Virus record (IMG/VR): IMGVR_UViG_3300016722_000008
Coordinates: 1 to 36,040 of that record
DNA length: 36,040 nucleotides
From: a virus
Lineage: Duplodnaviria > Caudoviricetes
Direction: 5' to 3' (one strand)
Position numbers and translations under genes: made by a program. Shown piece after piece: positions 27,601-35,447 of the stretch. How positions within the stretch are numbered: position 1 is the first letter of the stretch; every line of letters starts with the position of its first letter. The notes under the pieces are model-generated. The model was given only the letters and a program-made list of their open reading frames with translations. It searched no databases and was not told the origin of the DNA.

Positions 27601-30600
27601 GCCCTGCAGGAGGAGTTTCTCAAATTCGCCCGCGAGACGCCCAAGGTCGCCACGGAGTTGGAAAACCTCTACGACGAGCGGTTCGGCGGGCAGATCCCCC
27701 GCGAGTACAACATCCCGGACGTGGCCCATTATCCGGGCGCGGTCGAGACCATCACCCTGCGCGACCATCAGAAACGCGGGGTCTCGCGCGGGCTCCAGGA
27801 GAACACACTCTTCGCCCACGGCGTCGGGGCCGGCAAAACCTATCTGGTCACGACCCTGGCCATGGAGGCCCGCCGGCTCGGCACGGCCAAAAAGCCCATG
27901 ATCGTGGTCCAGGGCGCGACCCTGGAGCAGTTCGCCGGGGCCTTCAAACGGCTCTATCCGGCCGCCAACGTGCTGGCCCCCAACGCCGATGACCGGACCC
28001 GGGCCAACCGGCAGCGGCTCCTGTCCCAGATCGCCACGGGCGATTGGGACGCCGTGATTGTACCGCATTCGTTTTTCAACGGCCTGGCCATTTCCCCGGA
28101 GCGGGAAACGGCGTTTATCGAAGAGGACCTGGACGCCCTGCGGGCGGATCTGCGCGAAGCCCAGGCCGACAAGAGCCAGGATCGGGGCAGGAAGCCGCCA
28201 CGGGTCAAGCAGATCGAAAAGATGATGCTCAAGCGCGAGGCGCGACTCAAGGCCCTGCTCGACGCCCGCAAGGATGAGAACGTCTTTTTCGAGGACACGG
28301 GCGTGGACATGCTGGTGGTGGATGAGGCCCACGCCTACAAGCGCGGCGATTTCGTCACCAAGATGGACAACGTGAAGGGCCTGGACCGGGATTCCTCCCA
28401 GCGGTCCATGCAGCTCTTGCTCAAGTCCCGGTACATTGCCGAGAAGACCGGGGGCAAAAACGTCCACCTGGCCACCGGAACGCCGGTTTCCAACACCCTG
28501 GCCGAGCTGTGGACCGCTCTGCGCTACATCCGTCCGGACCTTCTGGAGCGGTTCAACGTCACACAGTTCGATGACTTCGCCTCGACCTTTTGCGCCACCA
28601 AGACCGACATCGAGGAGACGGCCACGGGCGACTACAAGCCCGTGACCCGGTTCAACCGCTACCAGAACCTGGGCGAACTCATCTCCATGTGGAAGGCCGG
28701 CGCGGACATCGTGCTGGCCGAAGACCTGGACTACATCAAGGATATTCCGAAGCTCAAAGGCGGCCGGCCCCAGGAAGTGTCCCTGGAGCGCAACCCGGAA
28801 CTGACCGGCTACATCCAGCACCTCAAGCAGTGGCGGATGGAGTGGGAACACCTGACCGGCAAGGAGAAGCGGGAGCAGTCCCATGTTCCGCTTCTCATCT
28901 ACAATCTGGCCCAAAAGGCCGCCCTGGACATGCGGCTGGTCAATCCGGAACTGGAGGAGGCCCCGGGCGGCAAGCTCGATGCGGCGGCCGGGGAGATCTT
29001 CAAGCGGTATCAGGCCCACCAGGACACCCGGGCGGCCCAGGCGGTTTTCAGCGATATCTACCAGTCGTCGGACAAGTCCTTCAATATCTGGAAGGACCTC
29101 AAGGGCAAGCTCGTGGCCAAGGGCATCCCGGCCAAAGAAATCGCCATCATCTACGACTACAACGAGAAGGCCCGGGAAAAGCTCTTTGAAGCGGTCAATG
29201 CCGGCGATGTCCGGGTGGTGATGGGGTCCACGGAAAAGCTCGGCGTGGGCGTCAACATCCAGGAGCGTCTGGTCGCCCTGCACCATTTGGCACCGCCGGT
29301 CAGGCCTATGGATTGGGAACAGCGAAACGGCCGCATCCGTCGCCAGGGCAACAGGTTCGACGAGGTGGAGGTCCTGGCCTACGGCGTGAAAAACACGCTC
29401 GACTCGGTCAGTTTCAATATTCTCCAGAACAAGCAGAAGTTCATCAACCAGCTCCTTCGCGGCGAGATCGACGGCGACGTGATGGAGAACCCCTTTGACG
29501 ACGTCCAGCTCTCCTTCGAGGATATGATGGCGGCCTTTTCCGGCAACCCGCTGGCCATGGAGCGGGTGAAGCTGGAGGGCCAGGTGCGGGACCTGGGCCG
29601 GCTGCGCCAGGCCTTCCAGGACGAAAAGGCCGGCCGCATCCGTCAGCTCGACCTTTTGCGCGGGAGCCGGATACCGGACATCGAAAAGAGCCTGGCCACA
29701 GCCGAAAAGGACGTGGATCGGCTGCGGGGTTCCTTCCCGGACCTCAAGGCGGAAACCTTTACGCTCAAGGACGGCACGTTCGAGAAGAAGGATTTCACCA
29801 GGAAGCTGACGGATTGGTACGACGGGATCAAGACCCGCCTGGAAAAGGAGACGGTGGGCAAGACCGTGGCCCACTACGAAGGGGTGCGCAGCGGCGGCAA
29901 ATTCGGCGGCGCGGTCACCTTCGAGACCGGCGGCCATGAGGTCAAAATCAAGGTTCGTCCCGTACCGGCCAGCCTGGTCGGTGCGGACTCCAACCGGGGG
30001 GATGGCCTGGCCAAGGTCACCGAGGCCACCCTGACCGGTTCCTTCACCGTCACGGCCCAAAACGGGGGAACCCTTTTCGAGCGCAATTTCGGCGCGCCCT
30101 CCGGATTTGTCCGCGCCTTCAACAACGGCCTCGAGGAGCTTTCCCGGGAGCCCGAGCGCATCAAGGGGCAGCTCGACCGGGCTCGGGAGTCGGCCGCGTC
30201 CCTGGAACGGCTCGTGGAGGAGAAGTTTTCCCGGGAAGAGGAATACAAGCAGGCGTCCGCCCGGTTGCGGGAAGTCGAGGAGGAACTGAAAAAGGCCAAG
30301 AACGAGGATCTGGCCGCAGCGGCTCAGGAAGCGGAGGGTGCCCAAGAAGAAGCCAGTGGCCCGGCGGCCCGCTTGGCCCGGGCCGAAGCCCGCACCGCCG
30401 ATATTTCCCCCGTGGCCCGGGCCGTGGCCGAGACGTTGCGCCAGGGCCTGACGCAGGTACCGGCCCTGCGCGGCATCGTGGACATCTACCAGAGCGAGGC
30501 CGATCTGCCGGCGGATCTGCGGCGCGAGATCAAGGAGGCGGGCGTATCGGGCAAATTCTACGGGGCCTATGACCCCGAAACCAAGCGCATTGTGCTCGTG

Positions 30601-33600
30601 GCCGGGAACATTCCCACGGAAAAGGCCGGGCAGACGGCGTTCGTCCAGGCGTTGTTGCGTCACGAGGGCCGGCACGGCGGCCTGGACCTGATTCTGGGCG
30701 GCCGGGAGGCACGTCAGGAGGCCATGCTGCAAGCCGCGCGCATCATGCCCAAGGAGGTTTCCCGCTGGCTGGAGAGAAACGGCCTTGATTCCACCCGCGC
30801 CACCCGCGCCGAAGCGGCCGAGGAACTCCTGGTTTCCTGGGCCCAAAACGGCACCATGCATCGCGCCCTCGACCGCCTGCTGACCAGGATCGCACAGTGG
30901 GCCCGCACCATCTTCCCGAATATCAAACTGACCAAGGCCGAGCTGCGGCAACTGCTTGCCCAGGCTGACAACTTTGTGGACGGCAAGGGCCTCGATTTCG
31001 TGGCTCCACTCGGCCAGTCGCTAACCGCCGCGCCGACTTTCGCGCGTGCTGCAACGCCCAACTTCGCACAACAGGTGGATGCTTATCTCGCCGGCCGGTT
31101 GCGGCCCCATGAAAGATTGGACCTTGGGGGGACGCCACCTGTGATCGGTCTTCTCGGCGGCCATGACCTGTCGTTGGAAATGACCCAGGCGAAAGCGAAC
31201 AAAATTCTCCGAGAGGAGGGGCAGGGAGGAAAACACGGGGTTCCAGCCGAGACACTCAAACAGCTTCCTCAGGCGTTGGAGCGTCCCGTGGTGGTGCTTC
31301 AGTCCGCGACCTGGGCCGATAGCCTGGTGGTGGTGACGGAACTCCCTCACCAGGGATCCTTCCTGGTGGCGGCCGTTCATCTCAACGTTCAGCAGGGGCG
31401 CGCGGAAATCAACGAAGTGGCCAGTGTGTATGCGAGGGGAACACAACCGTATTGGGTCGCCCAACAGATTCGTAACGGAAAGTTGCTGTACCGGGACAAA
31501 ACAAAAATCCCCGGTTGGCAGAGATCTTTCGGGCTGCAATTGCCCACAGAGATACCAACCGGGAACAGGAAGAAAATATTCACTGAGGTCGATCTCGTCA
31601 AGTACAAACAGGGGCTGCCGCCGAAGGGTGCTGGGCCTCGCTTCGCCCGGGCCGGCCAACTGACCGGCGTGCCGGAGGAACCGGAAAAGTTCACCCATTG
31701 GTTTAAAGACGCCACAACCGCCCATGTGCGTTCCATCCTGCCGGCCGTCCATGATTCGCTCAAAGAAACCGCCGTATTGGGCAAGATCCTGCGGTCGCCG
31801 GAATACTGGCAGCACCCAGTCCTTAAGCGCCTTTACGAGACCTTCCGTGACCGCACGGACCACGCCCACGAGATCCTGCACAAGGCCCTTGATGCCGGCG
31901 ACGGTTCGGGCCGCACGATCCTGGACGAGGCCAAGGCCATCCTCAAGAACCCGAAGCAGCGCGAGATACTTTCAGAAGGCGTGGACTACGCCGACGTCAA
32001 CGAGATTCAGCCCGAGGCCATGGAAACCTGGTTTGCCGACCACGGCGCGACCGAGGCCACCATCAATCTCTGGCGGACCATGCGGGAGCGGTATGACATG
32101 CTCCTGGACCAACGCCTGGAATCGTACCGCCGGCTCATGGACAAGGCGCGGGACACCTACGGGGCCAAGATCATCCGCCGTCTGGTCGACGCCGGCATCC
32201 CGTCCGCAGAGGCCAGGACCTTCGACGCGACCGAGTATCAGGCGGACAAGACCCTGTCCGAGGAGCTGGCGCCCTACGCTTCGGAAGTGGCCGACGTTGT
32301 TTTCAAAGCCCGCAAGGACGGCCTGACCATCAAGGACCAGCTCACGGACGTGCGGCTGGTCGGCGAGGACGGGGCGTCCTTTTCGCTCAAGGAAATGATC
32401 GAACGCATGGGCCAGATGCGCGGCTTCTACGCCCCACGCTTGCGCGAGACCGGCGACTATGTGGTGCGCGGCGAGCGCACCGGAACGGATGGAAAAATCG
32501 AGCGGTTCCGGGCGCACAAGGAATGGCGGGCCGGGGCGGAAAAGCTGCGGGCGAAGATGGCCCGGGCTGGTTGGGACATGGAGCCCGTCAGCAAAATCCC
32601 GAAACTGCCGGAGGCCACCCAAGGGCTTATCAAAGCGCTGGAACTGGCCAAGACGGTTGAATCCGCCGTCAACCATGTCGGCGAGGACGTGGACGCCGGG
32701 CTTGTCGAAGAACTGTTGGAGACCCTGGCCGATGAAGTCAAATCGCGTGGTTTTCGATCGCAATCCATCCGGCGCACAGGGCGTCATGGCGAGGTGGTTC
32801 AGGGTTATTTCAAGGACGCGATGGAACGGTTCACGCGCTATGCTGGTTCAACCGCCTACGGGCTGGCCAAGATGGACGCGGCCGGCAAGGCGGCCCGGGC
32901 GCTCTTCGGCAGTGCGGACATGCCGGGGATCGACATCAAAAAGGAGCGCGACGTTTATCGGCTGGCCGTGGACTATCTGGCTGAAAACCTGCGTAACGCC
33001 GAAGCCGGGGACCGGGTTTTCAGCCTGGCCAAGTCCGTCGCCTCGCTCAAATATCTGGGCCTGAATCCGCGTTCGGCCCTGGTCAACCTGTCCTCAATGG
33101 CCACCAGCGTACCGGCGGCGCTTCATGCCTACGCCCTGGAAGGGAAGGGGGGCTGGGCCCGGGTCGGCCGCACCATAGCCCGGTCCATGGGTGACTACCT
33201 GGGGGTGATGACGGGGAAATGGGGCCGGTTCACCCCGGAGGAAAAAGCGTTTCTGACCGCTATCCGTAAAGAATCCCTGGACGATCCGCAGTTCGCCCGC
33301 GAGGCGTTGTCCACGTACCGCGACACGGCCGGGAAAAGCTGGTCCTGGCTCATGGGCAAATCGCTGGCCCTGTTCGGCGCGACAGAACAGCTTAACCGGG
33401 GGGCGACGCTCCTGGCCGCTTATCGTCTGGCCCGGTGGGCCGGAGCCGATCATGAGGCCGCCATGGCCCGGGCCAGGGAGACGTCCGACCGGGCCCATGG
33501 CGTGTATGATCGTTCCACCCAGCCGGTCTGGACCTGGGGCACGAGCGCCGGGGCGCGGCTGGGCCAGTCCTGGTACGTCTACAAAAAGTACGGCCACAAC

Positions 33601-34788
33601 TATCTGCAATTGATCCATGCGCTTTTCCAGAAAAAGGATTGGCAGGCGGCCACGTTCGCTCTGACCGCGCCTGTCCTTCTGGGTGGTCTGGGAAGCCAGG
33701 TGCTGACCTCCATCGTCAAGGGACTGTTCGCGGCGGGCGGATCGGACGAAGACCCCGAGAAATGGGTCTATGACACCATCCGGCACAACTGCGGCAACGG
33801 GGCCGAAGATCTGGCCAGATTCGGGTTACTCGGCATGTTCACAGGCACGGACATGTCTGGCTCCATCGGCACCATGATCGACATGCCCGACACCTGGTCG
33901 GATATCCTGGGACCCATGGGCGGCATGGCCAGGGATATCCTGCAGGGCATCGGCTTTCTTGCCGGCGGCCAGCCCGGCCGGGCTTCGGAAAAGCTGCTGC
34001 CGGCCGGCGTCTCGAAAGTCGTTCAGGCGTTGCGCGAGTCCGATCAGGGCGTTTCCACCTCCAAAAACTATCCGGTCATCGGGGAGGATGGAAAGCCACT
34101 CATGCCGACGGCCGGGGAATCAACGGCCAAGGCGCTTGGCTTCCGGCCGCTTCGCGAAGCCAAAGCCCGGAATAAGACCAGCGAGGCCATTGAGGAAGAA
34201 AGACGCTATGCCGAAAAGCGCGACCGGATTTACGCCCGTTTCCGGGCATTCGCTCTGGCCGGCGGCAGGGACGAGGCCGAACGACAGGCCCTTGTCGCGG
34301 CCATGGCCGCCTACAATCAGAGCGTGGCGGCCGCCGGATTGACCGGCCGCGTTTCGCCCATCACCCGGAAAAGCCTTTTGCGCCAGACCGAACGGGTGGC
34401 CAGTCCGACCAAACGCGAGCAGGCGCGTGTTGACGGCGGTCGGCAACGCCCGATCGAGCCCGTGACAGACGCGGACGTGGAAGACCTCTCCCACCCGTTT
34501 TACGCGGTACGCCGGGCATATGCCCAGGCCAAGGCCCGCTATGACGCCCTGCGTGAAAAAGGGGACCACGAAGGGGCCATGCAGGTGCGGACCGAAACAA
34601 AGCTGCCGCGCCTGCGCATGCTGGTCGGCCGGGTGCAGGCCGTCCGCGAAGCCATGACAACAATACGCAGCTCACGATTGTCCGAGGACGCCAAAGCCCG
34701 CCGGCTGGCCATGCTCCGCGACCGTGAGCGCCGGGAGATGGATCGGGCGGCGCGCACGGCGGGAATACAAACCGCCATTGGAGAATAG
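21628..34788 (+). CDS. Giant polyvalent virion protein: DarB-like N6-adenine MTase + SF2/SNF2 helicase, zincin motif, MuF-C/PBECR-like domain, PLxRFG-like C-terminal region
   Basis: Gly-rich hydrophobic N-terminal segment; EPAAGIG (25762) and NVPF (25960); Walker A AHGVGAGKT (27814), DEAH (28321), ATGTP and QRNGRIRRQGN (29320); HEGRH (30661) with downstream EE; LGGTP...KH...QLP...SVY.R...GLQLP (~31060-31610); GFYAPRLRETGDY (32422). Confidence 0.9.
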   Translation: MPIDLANYRDEHRDNYGDASLDDVAQDLYVRSGSAAAGTRFEDFANAHGLGSQLGQTKQEGGQPVAPQPQAGDASWLGRRWNDAKVAGKVIGQGLYSAAADVLPKTVAEVWRGGDVPLHAEETAAGQEIAAQQKDLERWNLPPEEANRDLFGLVKAKDVQEGLQNLGYSAGSMVAGMGAGAAAGSVVPGAGTLAGAVGGALGAGLAGGAVGYRATKDQFIESMRQKLLQANPNLSEEKWNETKAALDKDASLYAMWEAIPEAVGDALTMGILKTPAGNLIKSVPFIKNGITRTLAKAGVKAGLDIPVELGTEAWTQHEQGALEAQHGLRDQAPTWREAFDEVAPQTTVMSLATMGLGGAAEHFSPHTRAIRRDTRTISEGVQAGAHRDLSDEDLQQVYTAADALFRENPGIPTRDALLELNAEQLRRQNAARGFPLNAFLADENQPGEAVETPPPAPQEPVATTAETLQGQGITTETEAVPGPDRAAELAGLSKNKLNALAMNLGIEKPGRIKRDALVASVLEAEEAARKWNEPDNVEARYRETHAAPFPGRLDDFLFQVAPVAPEVVAPGASQEAPPAAAPTGRRAHSRNLTQPVATEAATEALASATGEVPLVEAGAEPAVSEAQAPSPVPPSRPALVEQTPEGALPTGEVPLVEAGREAEVLNEQPANVPKTEATVNEAGNSLNETPPTAQPTEDPAAKSRRGLNDLAASLGVKRPGAIRREDLVGRIEQARQEETAQGQPEASIGQTPATAGPQTKQARPWLRETGEKATVGALLRADDHMVARKPVEGRVVHFEIPGLEDIGFVAHPDLNGGKGWTVTETQSGTTAVTGAASEQEALKAVHDRLAGFDAERFRVNREDLVSRFGSAVQTTPAQSVAKPQEQPTQAVPEKSPAGQEGPRYAMSLRETTHAKKGHPLYVVTLDEHTSREDYEKLKYEFNKLGGYWSRYKGRGAIPGVQFEDRAKAEAFVERFGKKPAAPETATEQVPAPVKEARPSSPQPEQATDKPLGVNNQGNQVFEDERGNRFVREGNVRIEAPVSVRPTRAGVVAEAHGAEQLHRDGHREFLTKDELARFEKPEASTPAGEDIIFDKEDQGARDAGSAHPDRSRPDVGLEGPSDLAPGEQAPGDLGNVPGESGRTEGSHRPEDTAVRQRPVRPQSPESPGGRDSGGDAGGGRSVGRPGPERGESARAAAPAKGTPDMGVVGGPAAPKDHGSSGRDLSRDHNHRIAPDDVLVPGGNATRAKANLAAVRLLKELEAQNRLPTPQERKVLAQFSGWGSLAEEVFKADFENLANQYGGEDLPYHARLRNEAILDKYAAWKRRYGELHPNIGGLFSKEEWDAAKRSTLNAHYTDRDVITAMWDMVQHMGFTGGQVVEPAAGIGHFFGLMPENLAVASHLKGVELDSVTGRMLEKLYPAADIQVTGFQDAKRMGNNTADLVISNVPFGDFPVYDKAHKDYSGWSIHNYFLARALDVVRPGGLVAAITSHYTMDTTRWGRVREYLAGKADLVGAIRLPGTAFAKNAGTDVTTDILILRKKDGRPFEGQPWRQVEKVETPEGQAGVNEYFVAHPEMVLGRHSLTGSMHGGLEYTVLPDKAQPLIKQVREAVAQLPVDIMGEGAATQPKPLPQALGERADADMREGTLVVRDGKVFAVEDGRLSRPEWQDGKLAESRTAIARQYVGVKTAAQDLVRAMLSEEATDADIAAKQNELGRLYDAFVKKHGPFLDNRKLTFLRDDVEYPNVLALEKKEEQVVSGDKNVVVTKADIFTKRTIRPFAEPRTAASAEDAVKISLLYRGNVDAAKIGELLGLPEAEARRQLLETGAAYENPETGLLETPQEYLSGNVRQKLQVARDSAESNPDYKRNLDALEAVQPPKKPVSRIDARLGATWIPDSVVSAFMERMGVRWGKAVQTRTRAGEDGLSSWDVKGSLTQEAQNRWTVGDTNLLDILKDSLNLKLSKAYKYLPDGKGGRDRVVDQEGTLLVQEKQKALQEEFLKFARETPKVATELENLYDERFGGQIPREYNIPDVAHYPGAVETITLRDHQKRGVSRGLQENTLFAHGVGAGKTYLVTTLAMEARRLGTAKKPMIVVQGATLEQFAGAFKRLYPAANVLAPNADDRTRANRQRLLSQIATGDWDAVIVPHSFFNGLAISPERETAFIEEDLDALRADLREAQADKSQDRGRKPPRVKQIEKMMLKREARLKALLDARKDENVFFEDTGVDMLVVDEAHAYKRGDFVTKMDNVKGLDRDSSQRSMQLLLKSRYIAEKTGGKNVHLATGTPVSNTLAELWTALRYIRPDLLERFNVTQFDDFASTFCATKTDIEETATGDYKPVTRFNRYQNLGELISMWKAGADIVLAEDLDYIKDIPKLKGGRPQEVSLERNPELTGYIQHLKQWRMEWEHLTGKEKREQSHVPLLIYNLAQKAALDMRLVNPELEEAPGGKLDAAAGEIFKRYQAHQDTRAAQAVFSDIYQSSDKSFNIWKDLKGKLVAKGIPAKEIAIIYDYNEKAREKLFEAVNAGDVRVVMGSTEKLGVGVNIQERLVALHHLAPPVRPMDWEQRNGRIRRQGNRFDEVEVLAYGVKNTLDSVSFNILQNKQKFINQLLRGEIDGDVMENPFDDVQLSFEDMMAAFSGNPLAMERVKLEGQVRDLGRLRQAFQDEKAGRIRQLDLLRGSRIPDIEKSLATAEKDVDRLRGSFPDLKAETFTLKDGTFEKKDFTRKLTDWYDGIKTRLEKETVGKTVAHYEGVRSGGKFGGAVTFETGGHEVKIKVRPVPASLVGADSNRGDGLAKVTEATLTGSFTVTAQNGGTLFERNFGAPSGFVRAFNNGLEELSREPERIKGQLDRARESAASLERLVEEKFSREEEYKQASARLREVEEELKKAKNEDLAAAAQEAEGAQEEASGPAARLARAEARTADISPVARAVAETLRQGLTQVPALRGIVDIYQSEADLPADLRREIKEAGVSGKFYGAYDPETKRIVLVAGNIPTEKAGQTAFVQALLRHEGRHGGLDLILGGREARQEAMLQAARIMPKEVSRWLERNGLDSTRATRAEAAEELLVSWAQNGTMHRALDRLLTRIAQWARTIFPNIKLTKAELRQLLAQADNFVDGKGLDFVAPLGQSLTAAPTFARAATPNFAQQVDAYLAGRLRPHERLDLGGTPPVIGLLGGHDLSLEMTQAKANKILREEGQGGKHGVPAETLKQLPQALERPVVVLQSATWADSLVVVTELPHQGSFLVAAVHLNVQQGRAEINEVASVYARGTQPYWVAQQIRNGKLLYRDKTKIPGWQRSFGLQLPTEIPTGNRKKIFTEVDLVKYKQGLPPKGAGPRFARAGQLTGVPEEPEKFTHWFKDATTAHVRSILPAVHDSLKETAVLGKILRSPEYWQHPVLKRLYETFRDRTDHAHEILHKALDAGDGSGRTILDEAKAILKNPKQREILSEGVDYADVNEIQPEAMETWFADHGATEATINLWRTMRERYDMLLDQRLESYRRLMDKARDTYGAKIIRRLVDAGIPSAEARTFDATEYQADKTLSEELAPYASEVADVVFKARKDGLTIKDQLTDVRLVGEDGASFSLKEMIERMGQMRGFYAPRLRETGDYVVRGERTGTDGKIERFRAHKEWRAGAEKLRAKMARAGWDMEPVSKIPKLPEATQGLIKALELAKTVESAVNHVGEDVDAGLVEELLETLADEVKSRGFRSQSIRRTGRHGEVVQGYFKDAMERFTRYAGSTAYGLAKMDAAGKAARALFGSADMPGIDIKKERDVYRLAVDYLAENLRNAEAGDRVFSLAKSVASLKYLGLNPRSALVNLSSMATSVPAALHAYALEGKGGWARVGRTIARSMGDYLGVMTGKWGRFTPEEKAFLTAIRKESLDDPQFAREALSTYRDTAGKSWSWLMGKSLALFGATEQLNRGATLLAAYRLARWAGADHEAAMARARETSDRAHGVYDRSTQPVWTWGTSAGARLGQSWYVYKKYGHNYLQLIHALFQKKDWQAATFALTAPVLLGGLGSQVLTSIVKGLFAAGGSDEDPEKWVYDTIRHNCGNGAEDLARFGLLGMFTGTDMSGSIGTMIDMPDTWSDILGPMGGMARDILQGIGFLAGGQPGRASEKLLPAGVSKVVQALRESDQGVSTSKNYPVIGEDGKPLMPTAGESTAKALGFRPLREAKARNKTSEAIEEERRYAEKRDRIYARFRAFALAGGRDEAERQALVAAMAAYNQSVAAAGLTGRVSPITRKSLLRQTERVASPTKREQARVDGGRQRPIEPVTDADVEDLSHPFYAVRRAYAQAKARYDALREKGDHEGAMQVRTETKLPRLRMLVGRVQAVREAMTTIRSSRLSEDAKARRLAMLRDRERREMDRAARTAGIQTAIGE
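24874..24902 (+). promoter_or_regulatory. Internal sigma70-like promoter for the nested gene
   Basis: TCGACA (24874-24879), 17 bp, TATTTT (24897-24902); SD AAGGAG at 24917-24922 and ATG at 24929 follow. Confidence 0.65.
24929..25321 (+). CDS. Overprinted (+1 frame) 130-aa gene inside the giant gene; weakly DUF1896/TnpV-like helical protein
   Basis: Own promoter and SD; G/C-ending codons in this frame while the host frame is low-complexity G/R/P/S with A/T-ending codons; globular Trp-rich sequence; stops at the start of the MTase domain. Confidence 0.75.
   Translation: MQEVHTLTDPDRMWDWKAHLTWLLENKPQETWATFQANPDELKEAIDRKTLQSANVQFGLKARNLPEDAIQEAMLAVVAPSDGPALNAENPPEPLPPQKEHRIWAWWEDLPPRKITVLPDGTYRETITTA
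31498..31566 (-). ncRNA. Putative ~69-nt structured antisense RNA embedded in the MuF-C/PBECR-like coding region
   Basis: Predicted GUUCCCGGUUGGUAUCUCUGUGGGCAAUUGCAGCCCGAAAGAUCUCUGCCAACCGGGGAUUUUUGUUUU: 14-bp closing stem with G-U pairs that form only on this strand, apical GGGC/GCCC stem with 7-nt loop, terminal U-tract, and a promoter directly upstream. Confidence 0.65.
31573..31601 (-). promoter_or_regulatory. Antisense sigma70-like promoter
   Basis: Minus strand TTGACG (31601-31596), 17 bp, TATTTT (31578-31573); predicted +1 near G at 31566. Confidence 0.7.
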
Positions 34789-34790
34789 CT

Positions 34791-35072
34791 ATGCAAAAGC
34801 CGTATGCCGGCGACGTCGGCACCGAACTGCTCTTGGATGTCCATGAGGATCTGACCGGCGCAATGGTCGGGATAGCCGTCCGGAAACCGTCCGGGGCGGA
34901 AACGGTCTGGGACGCAACGGTCCACGAATCACAATCCGTGCGCCACACCATCGCGGCCGGGGATTTTAACGAGACCGGCATCTACTGCGTCCAGCCCGTC
35001 ATCCGTCTGGCGGGAGGCTGGTCTGGCCGTGGGGCGACGGCCGAATTTCGCGTGTACGAAAAATATCAATAA
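34791..35072 (+). CDS. Small Ig-like/BppU-N-like tail attachment protein
   Basis: SD GGAG; GDVGT.L, KPSG...W.A and GDF...G.Y..Q...W...F.V pattern. Confidence 0.6.
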   Translation: MQKPYAGDVGTELLLDVHEDLTGAMVGIAVRKPSGAETVWDATVHESQSVRHTIAAGDFNETGIYCVQPVIRLAGGWSGRGATAEFRVYEKYQ

Positions 35073-35081
35073 GGAGTATCT

Positions 35082-35444
35082 ATGGGAACTTTAACTGCCA
35101 CTGGAAAAAACACTGTCCTGGATTCCGGCCTGCCGGCCAACCTCTACGCGGCGTTGCACTCGGGTGCGCCCGGCGCGGATGGATCGACCAACGAATTGAC
35201 GGGAGGAACGCCGGCCTATGTCCGCAAAGCCGTGACCATGGCCGCCGCCGCGGCCGGGGCCAAGGCGACGAGTGCGGCCGTCACGTTTGACGTGCCGGCG
35301 GCCGCGACAGTGGCCTACGCCAGCCTGTGGACGGCGGCGACCGGGGGCACCTGCGTGGCCACCGATGACGTGACGTCGGAGACATTCGCGGCCCAGGGCC
35401 AGTACAAACTCAACAGCTTCACGGTCACCATCTCCGACTCGTAA
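35082..35444 (+). CDS. Small tail-fibre-associated subunit
   Basis: SD AAGGAG; LYAALHSGAPG...EL.GG..YVRK and LWTAATGG motifs common in phage fibre/whisker proteins. Confidence 0.7.
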   Translation: MGTLTATGKNTVLDSGLPANLYAALHSGAPGADGSTNELTGGTPAYVRKAVTMAAAAAGAKATSAAVTFDVPAAATVAYASLWTAATGGTCVATDDVTSETFAAQGQYKLNSFTVTISDS

Positions 35445-35447
35445 GCC

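Noticed and set aside
25300-29560. MTase-helicase as a type I/III/IIG restriction-modification enzyme
   Set aside because: No restriction nuclease or specificity domain recognised; the architecture and virion-gene context fit DarB-like proteins.
25675-30951. 1758-aa antisense ORF
   Set aside because: It mirrors the codon frame of the strongly G/C-ending MTase-helicase region and has no recognisable motifs; a typical shadow ORF.
31498-31566. The small RNA as a tRNA or P1-type c4 RNA
   Set aside because: No D or T arm, no CCA, the 7-nt loop lacks the conserved U33, and there is no c4-like cloverleaf.
31424-31663. 79-aa alternative-frame ORF within the MuF-C-like region as a nested immunity protein
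   Set aside because: No convincing SD or promoter and an unnatural Cys/Arg/Ser-rich composition, unlike the nested gene at 24929.
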